DNA of 64,000 bases from Clostridia bacterium. GTDB lineage: Bacteria; Bacillota; Peptococcia; Peptococcales; BICA1-8. The translations under genes and the position numbers were made by a program. Below, in pieces: positions 9,508 through 16,884 of this stretch. The number at the start of each line of letters is the position of its first letter. Positions within the stretch are counted from its first letter, which is position 1. The notes beneath the pieces were generated by a model that had not been told where the DNA came from, ran no database searches, and saw only the letters and a list, made by a program, of their open reading frames with translations. The stretch covers positions 30,895 to 94,894 of the forward strand of contig JASKKI010000001.1 in the NCBI GenBank assembly GCA_030154225.1. Direction: 5' to 3'.

Positions 9508-10785
9508 TTAAACTGTGATAAGAGGTACAGTGTTCCCCCCATAAGGCATTACTATTATTTTTTGATTGTTTTTGTTTATATCAATTACTTTGAGAGCTTC
9601 ATCTAAAGTGTTAGCTGGGATGATACCCATGGGATTAACCAAACTAGGTTCGATAGTAGAGCAAAGAACAACTTGTGTTTTTTGAGCTACTTCTACAGCT
9701 GCGTAAAAGATATAGCCGGGGATGGTGAAATTTTTTCTCAATTCCGGGTCCAGCTTTCCTTCTTTTAAATGTTTACTCCAGCTAAAGAAGGCATCAGCAC
9801 CTGCTCCTTCCCTACATTCCGCCAGAAGTAGAATGGTTCCACCGGGTTTTACTGCTAAAGCAGCATTAAATAAAGTTTTAGTTGACTGGTAAAGGGAAAT
9901 ATCTTTAGGATAACCTCCACAACTAACAATAACCAGATCCGCTTTTTCATCTAAGGGAACACCATATTTTTCATCTGCCCATTTACAACCTTCTTCCCAG
10001 GCCTTTAACCAGTGTCCGCAGAAAAGTTTAGCAATATTCCCTTTACTATCTATAACAGCATTAATTAAAAATTCAGGTTCTACTAGTTTTGTACAGTCAA
10101 TCATATCTAGATGAAGAGGATTAGTATTAGTAGTTCCTACACCTATCAATGGATTGGAACGCTCAGCTTCTGGGTCTAAGGCGTGAAGATGATTTTGAGC
10201 AATGGTTTTACGGCTGGCTACACCGGGAACAATTGATTTTCTACCGCCACCAAAACCTGCCATTAAATGATGGACAATACCGCCGGTAAGAATAACTTTT
10301 CTTTCTACTAGAAGTTTATTTATTTCAACTTCCGTTCCCCGTGGAGTTTTTCCTAAATAAACCATTTTTGATGTATCACAGTTGTGATCTATTACTTCTA
10401 AACGATCATACATTTCTTTTCCTACAATTTTCATTTTTTCTTCAGGTGTTTCTTCTCTATGAGTACCTGTTGCAATTAATACGATAATGTCTTTATCTGG
10501 TATACCTAATTTATTTAATCTCTCGACGATAAAGGGTAAAAACTGGTCAAGCTTTATCCAGAGCCTGGTTATATCACTGGCCACTATAACGATCTTATCA
10601 CCTTTAACAAATAACTGATTGAATGGTTTAGAACCTATAGGATTGTCTAAACAATTATTCACTTCCTTTTCCATATCAGTGATGGATTCAATTTCTTTTG
10701 ATTGTAATACTCTGTAAATATTTTGTTTAGGTAGATTGAGTTCTAAATACTTATCACCATATTTTAATTTAAAAGTTTCATACAT
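9508..10785 (-). CDS. LarA-family (nickel-pincer-cofactor-dependent 2-hydroxyacid racemase/epimerase) homologue
   Basis: 425-aa ORF with ..LIATGTHRE.., ..GGIVHHLMAGFGGGRKSIVPGVASRKTIAQNH... The spacing His(-10)-Lys-His(+16) is as I recall for L. plantarum LarA His174/Lys184/His200, with a His108 equivalent in GTH. No larB/C/E nearby. Confidence 0.75.
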   Translation of the reverse strand: MYETFKLKYGDKYLELNLPKQNIYRVLQSKEIESITDMEKEVNNCLDNPIGSKPFNQLFVKGDKIVIVASDITRLWIKLDQFLPFIVERLNKLGIPDKDIIVLIATGTHREETPEEKMKIVGKEMYDRLEVIDHNCDTSKMVYLGKTPRGTEVEINKLLVERKVILTGGIVHHLMAGFGGGRKSIVPGVASRKTIAQNHLHALDPEAERSNPLIGVGTTNTNPLHLDMIDCTKLVEPEFLINAVIDSKGNIAKLFCGHWLKAWEEGCKWADEKYGVPLDEKADLVIVSCGGYPKDISLYQSTKTLFNAALAVKPGGTILLLAECREGAGADAFFSWSKHLKEGKLDPELRKNFTIPGYIFYAAVEVAQKTQVVLCSTIEPSLVNPMGIIPANTLDEALKVIDINKNNQKIIVMPYGGNTVPLITV

Positions 10786-10800
10786 CTCTATTTCCTCCTA

Positions 10801-10826
10801 AAATAAAACACCCAAACCAAGGGTGC
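10801..10826 (-). promoter_or_regulatory. terminator-like hairpin plus U-run immediately 5' of the larA-like RBS (possible attenuator)
   Basis: Minus strand GCACCC-UUGGUUU-GGGUG-UUUUAUUUU followed directly by AGGAGG and ATG 10785. A TATAAT lies at 10887-10892, upstream of the hairpin. Confidence 0.4.
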
Positions 10827-10962
10827 TAATTATTAATTTAGCTAATACTGGTTACTATACTGTCATCCAAAATTAAATCTTAATTAATTATAACTTATTT
10901 TAAAGACAAATAGAAAATAATTGTTAATTTATTTTAAATAATATTTATTTTCTACAATAAAT

Positions 10963-11400
10963 TTATATATAACCTTCCAGGCCTTGTTTTTTTACTTCAT
11001 CTGTTATATCTCTTAAAATCTTTTTAATACCATCTTTATTTTGTTTATGCAGAATATTATTTTTTTCAATTACCAAACAGCAAAAAATTAGCGTTGGTAG
11101 GTTATATTTTTGAAAAATATCAGAGTTTCTTTTTATTTCTACTGTAATCTTTTCTTTTATCTTTTCTTTTTCTGCGAATAATTCCTTGGTTACAGCAGTA
11201 TTGGGGTATCTTTTGTCCAAAACGGCAAAAAAAACTTCTTTATCAGAATAATTTGGATGGAGTTCTTTTATTTCTAAATAGCGTTTAATTACACGATTTA
11301 ATGTTTTTTTCCAGCTGCCTGTAAATCTTAGAATAACATAGACCAGTAAAAAGGTTACTCCAATAATAGTTAAAAATCTAAATAAAAATGTTAGAGACAT
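10963..11400 (-). CDS. hypothetical membrane-anchored protein (one N-terminal TM helix)
   Basis: 145-aa ORF MSLTFLFRFLTIIGVTFLLVYVILRF.. followed by a charged soluble part. AGGAGG-like RBS (AAGGAGGTTTTT ATG). No family recognised. Confidence 0.5.
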   Translation of the reverse strand: MSLTFLFRFLTIIGVTFLLVYVILRFTGSWKKTLNRVIKRYLEIKELHPNYSDKEVFFAVLDKRYPNTAVTKELFAEKEKIKEKITVEIKRNSDIFQKYNLPTLIFCCLVIEKNNILHKQNKDGIKKILRDITDEVKKQGLEGYI

Positions 11401-11537
11401 AAAAACCTCCTTACAAAATTGTTATGAAAAATAATTAAACAATTAATTACTTTTTCCTTCAAAAAAAAAGGAAATAGTCAAAAGCTGTAAAAATTATAAA
11501 TAATTAATGATAAAATTTTTTTATTACGGAGGATCTT

Positions 11538-13067
11538 ATGTTAGCAAAAGTAAAAAGCTGTAGTCTTATCGGTTTATCTGTGCATGAAATAGAAGTTGAA
11601 GTTGATGCAGCTGGTGGGCTTCCGGCCTGGGATATTGTAGGCTTACCGGATACAGCGGTTAAAGAAAGTAAAGAAAGGGTTAGAACAGCTATCAAGAATT
11701 CGGGTTTTGATTTTCCTCCTCGGAGAATTGTTGTGAATTTAGCTCCTGCCCATATTAAAAAAGAAGGACCCAGTTTTGACTTACCCATTGCCTTGGCAAT
11801 TTTAGCAGCTACTAATCAAATTGAAAAGGAAAAATTAGAGGATACACTAGTAGTGGGTGAATTAGGTTTAGATGGAGGATTAAGAAAGGTAAAGGGAGTA
11901 TTACCTATTTCCCTATATACATCCCAAAGTAATCTAAAATTAATTGTGCCTAGTGAAAACGGTCTGGAAGGAGCCATAGGTGGTACTAAGACTTATAGTT
12001 TTAATACGTTGAAAGAAGTGATAAATTTTCTTAAATTAGCGGAAAACTATGAACCTATCAAACCCCCTAAATTAGACGAGGTTCTCCAAGAGGATCTGGT
12101 CTTGGAATATAATTTAAAAAATGTGAAAGCTCAAAGAGAAGCCAAAAGAGCATTAGAAGTAGCAGCAGCGGGTAGTCACAATGTGATTATGGTTGGTTCT
12201 CCTGGCTCTGGTAAAACCATGTTAGCCAGATGCTTGCCCGGAATAATGCCCTCTTTAACCTTTGAGGAGTGTTTAGAAATAACTAAGATCTATAGTGTTG
12301 CCGGGCTTTTACCCGGTAACCAGCCTGTAATTAATAAAAGACCCTTTAGAGCACCCCACCATAGTGCTTCCCAGGCCAGTATCGTTGGTGGAGGGAGGGT
12401 TCCTGGCCCGGGAGAAGTTAGTCTCAGTTATCATGGTGTTTTGTTTATGGATGAGCTCCCCGAGTATAATAAAGATGTATTGGAAGCTTTGCGTCAGCCT
12501 TTAGAAGAAGGTAAAGTAACTGTATCCAGGGTTGCTGCCCAGCTAACCTATCCTGCCAAATTCATTCTGGTAGCAGCAATGAATCCCTGTCCGTGCGGCT
12601 ATTATGGGGATGATATCAAAGAATGCACCTGTACTCCCTATCAGGTTCAAAAATATCGTAATAAAGTTTCTGGTCCACTTATGGATAGAATAGATATTCA
12701 ACTGGAAATACCTCGCTTAGAGTTTAGCGAGCTGCAATCAGATATTGAAGAGGAGGATAGTCTTAGCGTTAGAAAAAGAGTGGAAAGGGCTAGGGCAGTA
12801 CAATTGGCAAGATTTAATTATAGCAATGCTTTCATGAAAAGCCAGGATGTCAAAAAATACTGCAAACTGGATAAAGAAGGTAAAGAGCTATTAAGAGAAG
12901 CCTTTAACCGTCTGGGTTTAAGTGCTCGAGCCCACGACAGGATCTTAAAAGTAGCCAGGACTATTGCCGATCTAGAAGGAGTTGAAAATATCTCTGTAAG
13001 CCACTTGGCTGAAGCTATCCAGTATAGGGCATTAGATAGAAATATAATTAGTAACTTTGCTATTTAA
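11538..13067 (+). CDS. comM: Mg-chelatase-like AAA+ ATPase YifB/ComM
   Basis: 509-aa ORF with a Lon-protease-like N-domain (MLAKVKSCSLIGL..), Walker A GSPGSGKTM and Walker B VLFMDELPEY. RBS ACGGAGGA. It is the only plus-strand gene in the left 50 kb. Confidence 0.9.
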   Translation: MLAKVKSCSLIGLSVHEIEVEVDAAGGLPAWDIVGLPDTAVKESKERVRTAIKNSGFDFPPRRIVVNLAPAHIKKEGPSFDLPIALAILAATNQIEKEKLEDTLVVGELGLDGGLRKVKGVLPISLYTSQSNLKLIVPSENGLEGAIGGTKTYSFNTLKEVINFLKLAENYEPIKPPKLDEVLQEDLVLEYNLKNVKAQREAKRALEVAAAGSHNVIMVGSPGSGKTMLARCLPGIMPSLTFEECLEITKIYSVAGLLPGNQPVINKRPFRAPHHSASQASIVGGGRVPGPGEVSLSYHGVLFMDELPEYNKDVLEALRQPLEEGKVTVSRVAAQLTYPAKFILVAAMNPCPCGYYGDDIKECTCTPYQVQKYRNKVSGPLMDRIDIQLEIPRLEFSELQSDIEEEDSLSVRKRVERARAVQLARFNYSNAFMKSQDVKKYCKLDKEGKELLREAFNRLGLSARAHDRILKVARTIADLEGVENISVSHLAEAIQYRALDRNIISNFAI

Positions 13068-13070
13068 CCT
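13062..13070. repeat. 9-bp flank ATTTAACCT abutting the second IS end (contains the comM stop codon)
   Basis: Exact reverse complement of 9187-9195. Confidence 0.7.
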
Positions 13071-13130
13071 CACTAACGTTGCATAAATAAATTTTCTGTT
13101 TGTCAAGTGGAAAAATGGTGGATTTATCTT
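13071..13130 (+). mobile_element. other terminal repeat of the same IS4-like element, with only ~60 bp of the interior left
   Basis: CACTAACGTTGCATAAA matches 9196-9212 at 16/17. Similarity decays after ~25 bp, as expected for IRL versus IRR. A short ATGGTGGATTTATCTTATTAA follows. Confidence 0.6.
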
Positions 13131-13134
13131 ATTA

Positions 13135-13186
13135 AATAATCCTACTGTAAAGTGAAATTTTTTTTACAATTTATAGTAGGATTATT
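13135..13186. terminator. long inverted repeat (bidirectional terminator-like) after the HNH relic
   Basis: AATAATCCTACT (13135-13146) pairs with AGTAGGATTATT (13175-13186), a 12-bp perfect stem. Additional inner TGTAAA/TTTACA pairing and a T8 run. Confidence 0.5.
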
Positions 13187-13539
13187 CTTTACTATCTTCT
13201 ATTTTAATGTGATAATATTTTGCTTTTTCACCTATATTAATTTGTGAACTACAATTTGACATTTCCTGGCATCTAAACTGTATTTATATTTATCTTGAAA
13301 TTTCATCGGTATTAAATGGTGAGCTTCAACAAAGTTATGATTTGTCCTTACTGATATAAAAGTTTTATGATTTGGATTAATTTCACATAGGTCCCAATCT
13401 TCTTCACCATTTTTATGTTCATGTTTTGAAACTGAGTATCTTTGTCACCAACAGACTGCCTTATTCTTATGTCCTTTAAAATGACATATAAAGAGTAACT
13501 GCCTGACAATTCTACTGGATCAACATTGAGCATTTTCAT
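13182..13539 (-). pseudogene. HNH endonuclease relic (multiple frameshifts, degenerate catalytic residues)
   Basis: Three minus-strand frames are needed. Frame 1: MKMLNVDPVELSGSYSLYVILKDIRIRQSVGDKDTQFQN.. Frame 2: ..EDWDLCEINPNHKTFISVRTNHNFVEAHHLIPMKFQDKYKYSLDARK.. Frame 3: ..SNCSSQINIGEKAKYYHIKIEDSKE*. The C-x2-C...EAHHLIP...SLD...C-x2-C-H pattern of HNH nucleases is recognisable, but the last CH box reads CSSQIN. Confidence 0.6.
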
Positions 13540-13635
13540 ATACTTCCCGGTAACATTTTCCCTCTGCTATTTATGAAAAATTTTCTATCTAACAATTTCA
13601 ACAGACAAAATAAAATGTATCCCTGGTACTTAACC

Positions 13636-14637
13636 CTATAGTCTAAACACCGGTCTTATTTCCCCAATGACTTCACCTCTAAAGTTCTTGACCTGGGGAT
13701 AATAATAGGATTTTAATACTTTTTTATCTTCTTCGGTTAATACACCCAATAGATCTAAAACACGCAGGACAACAGGAGCTAAGGCTCGGGCCCCACCATC
13801 TTCAATTTTAACCGCTACTCCTAAGCCTTTTTCTGGTATCCCCAGGCAAAATACTGCTTATGTTCCATCTTTGGCAACTATTTTGGATTTCATCTGTTCA
13901 AGTAAAATGGTTGTAAAACGTCCTGATCCTGCCATTAAATGAGGATATTTTATCATCACCCTATTTAAAATCCGGCAAGCTTCCTGTCTATCTCCATTAA
14001 ATTTTAAAGGTCTAACAAAATTTGCATAGGCTTGAGCCATGGCTTTAACAGACATACCAAATACAGGAACTCCACACCCATCAATACCAATTTTTATAAC
14101 TTTTTTTGGTATTTCTGCCAAGTCAGCCATGGTTTCTAACATTATTTGCTGGACAGGATGGTCTAATAGATAATAATCATGTAAGCTTAAAAGTTTATAA
14201 ACAGCAAGAGCTAACATACCGCCATGCTTACCGGAACAAGGACAGTGAACCGGTTCCGGTTTCCTATTTTCTAAGGCCAATTTACTTGCCGTTGGTTTAT
14301 GTAAGGGATTGGTAATACCGCAAAGTAAATTTCCTTGGTTTAAACCTATTTTATCTAAAATACCCATTACCGCTTCCTGATGCTCAGCTTCCCCACTATG
14401 GGAAGCAGTAATAATGGCTAATTCTTTTTCCGAAAATTTAAAATAATTAGCTGTACCACTTTCTACCACAGGTAAAGCCTGAATAGGTTTAGCGGCAGAA
14501 CGCATAAAGGTTTGGTAATCAGGATCACCCAGAGAGGCAACTACAGTTCCCTCTATGTCAACAACAACTACCACACCCCGGTGAATACTCTCAACCATAT
14601 CTCCCCGGGTAACTTCTACCAATTTAATTGCTCCCAT
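13636..14637 (-). pseudogene. asparaginase-family (L-asparaginase II / PF06089-like) gene interrupted by a single in-frame TAA
   Basis: A 259-codon ORF ends ..IVAKDGT at TAA 13858-13860. The same frame continues AVFCLGIPEKGLGVAVKIEDGGARALAPVVLRVLDLLGVLTEEDKKVLKSYYYPQVKNFRGEVIGEIRPVFRL to TAG 13636-13638. The combined 333 codons is the normal family length. Confidence 0.75.
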
Positions 14638-14810
14638 TTGTTAAATTTACTCCTTTCGTTCTCTGGCCATATGTATAAAAAATTCAAAAAGAGCCTTCAG
14701 TTGACTTTGTATGTCGATATCAACGAGTGACTTTACGGCTTATTGAGACTATATTTAAGGACTACTCACCAGTTCTATAGCTAAAGAATTTAATATTTCT
14801 TTGTACTGTT

Positions 14811-14839
14811 ATTATAATAACTGACTACATATAGTACAA
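14811..14839 (-). promoter_or_regulatory. sigma-A-type promoter candidate for the asparaginase-family gene, with its -10 inside a 14-bp perfect palindrome
   Basis: Minus strand TTGTAC - 17 nt - TATAAT. The palindrome GTTATTATAATAAC lies at 14808-14821. Predicts a ~170-nt leader. Confidence 0.45.
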
Positions 14840-14877
14840 GCTCAATAAGTTACCTGACGTATTGTCTATAGATGAAA

Positions 14878-15237
14878 CTAAAAAGCATTTTTGATAATTT
14901 CAATTTCCGGCTTTCCTTTCCCATTCCAGACAATACCAATAACATCAAAACGGCAGTTTTCTGTAGTTAATTTATTCTTTACTAAATAATATCGGGCAAC
15001 ATCCCTAATCTTCTTTTGTTTTTGACAGTTAACAGTTTCCTGGGGTAGTCCAAATTTATCAGTACTTTTAGAACGTACTTCTATGAAAACCAAAGTATTT
15101 TTATCCATAGCTATTAAATCTATTTCACCAATCTTGCATCTAAAATTCTGTTCTAATATTTTATACCCTAAGCTTTTTATTTTTCTTAAAGCTAACTGTT
15201 CTCCTTGTTTACCCAAATCTCTACTCATACCCAACAT
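14878..15237 (-). CDS. yraN: YraN-family (UPF0102) endonuclease-like protein
   Basis: 119-aa ORF ..GEQLALRKIKSLGYKILEQNFRCKIGEIDLIAMDKNTLVFIEVRSKS.. (archaeal HJ-resolvase-like E-x-D...E-V-K/R motif). Alternative start ATG 15228. Confidence 0.88.
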   Translation of the reverse strand: MLGMSRDLGKQGEQLALRKIKSLGYKILEQNFRCKIGEIDLIAMDKNTLVFIEVRSKSTDKFGLPQETVNCQKQKKIRDVARYYLVKNKLTTENCRFDVIGIVWNGKGKPEIEIIKNAF

Positions 15238-15374
15238 CCTTAAAAATATATTTATGTTTCTTTTCGCTTCGTGATATAAAAACCCTTTTAGTCTAATTAC
15301 TATTTTCGCGAAAAGGTACTATTGATAAATACATAGATAAAAATAGGCTATGCAAAAAATGAATAATATAAAGG

Positions 15375-15426
15375 TAAAAAAAGACCGGGGTGGTAGACGT
15401 ACATTTATACATCTGCCGCCTCGGTC
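15375..15426 (-). terminator. rho-independent terminator of the nuo operon
   Basis: Minus strand GACCGAGGCGGCAGAUGUA-UAAAUG-UACGUCUACCACCCCGGUC followed by U7, 28 nt after the nuoN stop. The three A/C mismatches on this strand become G.U pairs on the plus-strand transcript. Confidence 0.75.
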
Positions 15427-15453
15427 TTATGAGTTTTTTAGCAGTTGTCTATA

Positions 15454-16884
15454 TTAGAAAAATGTTTTAGCTACTTGAGTAGCCAAGTTAGTCAATGGTG
15501 TGGGATAAATACCTAAAAATAAAGTAATTATCATTGTAGCTAGTAATGTTATTTGCATACCCATAGGTACTTTTATAGGAGTATTTTCTTTGGGATCTTT
15601 TAAATACATAGCCTTGGCTACCAATAAGTAGTAATAAACAGATACCATGCTCATACCTAAGGCTACAAAGACCAACCACACATATCCCTGCTCCATTATA
15701 GCTTTAAAGAGCTGGAATTTACCTACAAAACCTACTAAAGGTGGAATACCTGCCAGTGATAACAAACTTACAAGCATCACGGCAGCCAAAAAGGGTGATC
15801 TTTTCCATAATCCATTGTAATCCTGGATTTCATCACTTCCTCCTGCCTGTGAAAAGGCTATTACAACACCGAATGCACCCATATTGCAAAATACATACAT
15901 CAAAGCATAGAAAAGTGCAGCTGATACACCGACAGTGGAAAATGCAACTAAACCTAATAACATGTAACCAGCTTGAGCTACTCCAGAAAAAGCCAATAAT
16001 CTCTTAATATTTTTCTGCGGAATAGCAACAAAATTACCTAATAATATTGTTAATACTGTGATAGCAATTATTACCGGCATCCATAATTCAACATTTCCCG
16101 GTAAGGCTTTTAGGAATACTCTCATGAATACCCCAAATGCAGCTCCTTTAGAGGCAACTGACAGTAAGGCAGTAACAGGAGTTGGCGCCCCTTCATAAAC
16201 ATCAGGTGTCCACATATGGAAAGGTACTGCAGATACTTTAAAACCAAAACCACTGATTAAAAATACTATACCTAAAAGCAACACTGGAGGAGTTTCACCC
16301 TGAGCAATATATTCCATTATCCCGTCAATATTAGTAGTTTTAGCTGCACCATAAACCAGTGTTAAACCATATAAAAGCACACCAGAGGAAAAAGCACTGA
16401 GTAAAAGATATTTAATTGCAGCTTCCGTTGCTCTAAAAATACGTTTACCAAAGCCAACTAGAATAATAAAGGAAATTGTCATAAGTTCTAAAGCTACATA
16501 AAGGGTGATAAAATCCCCGGCAGAAACCAAGGTCATCATACCTAAAGTAGCAAATAGAACTAAAAAGCAAAACTCACCAACAAATCCGGTAATAAACTTC
16601 TCAACATACTGTACACCCATGATTATAGCCATTAAGGATGATAAAACAACCAGCATTTTTAGAAAAGACCCAAAAGCATCCACAACATACATTCCATTAA
16701 ATAAAGTGCCTTGGACATCTATCATTAAATATAAAATAACCAGAGTTGTAATCAATCCAAAGACAGATAAATAGGCTAAACCTTTTTTCTGGTCCTTAGG
16801 AACAAGGAGGGAAATAATCATTACCACAAAAGCTAAACCGGTAACTACTAATTCTGGTGTAATTAATGTTAGATTAACTCCCAT
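15454..16884 (-). CDS. nuoN: NADH-quinone oxidoreductase (complex I-like) subunit N
   Basis: 476-aa polytopic membrane ORF, antiporter-like. The ATG overlaps the nuoM stop (TAATG). Last gene of the operon. Confidence 0.9.
   Translation of the reverse strand: MGVNLTLITPELVVTGLAFVVMIISLLVPKDQKKGLAYLSVFGLITTLVILYLMIDVQGTLFNGMYVVDAFGSFLKMLVVLSSLMAIIMGVQYVEKFITGFVGEFCFLVLFATLGMMTLVSAGDFITLYVALELMTISFIILVGFGKRIFRATEAAIKYLLLSAFSSGVLLYGLTLVYGAAKTTNIDGIMEYIAQGETPPVLLLGIVFLISGFGFKVSAVPFHMWTPDVYEGAPTPVTALLSVASKGAAFGVFMRVFLKALPGNVELWMPVIIAITVLTILLGNFVAIPQKNIKRLLAFSGVAQAGYMLLGLVAFSTVGVSAALFYALMYVFCNMGAFGVVIAFSQAGGSDEIQDYNGLWKRSPFLAAVMLVSLLSLAGIPPLVGFVGKFQLFKAIMEQGYVWLVFVALGMSMVSVYYYLLVAKAMYLKDPKENTPIKVPMGMQITLLATMIITLFLGIYPTPLTNLATQVAKTFF

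Noticed and set aside
11504-11788. 94-aa minus-strand ORF overlapping the comM start
   Set aside because: It is antisense to the conserved N-terminal domain of comM, with no RBS. The comM reading is strongly supported.
6747-14877. Whether PolDom, MBL hydrolase, ComM ATPase, HNH and YraN together form a novel defence or repair island
   Set aside because: The genes are separated by strong terminators and lie on different strands after an IS-mediated inversion. Two are pseudogenes, and comM, yraN and dprA are a conserved housekeeping trio. There is no operon structure or co-orientation to support a single system.
15303-15314. Perfect 12-bp palindrome TTTTCGCGAAAA upstream of yraN
   Set aside because: It is short, isolated, has no partner site and is not positioned over a recognisable promoter. 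This is insufficient to call a regulatory site.
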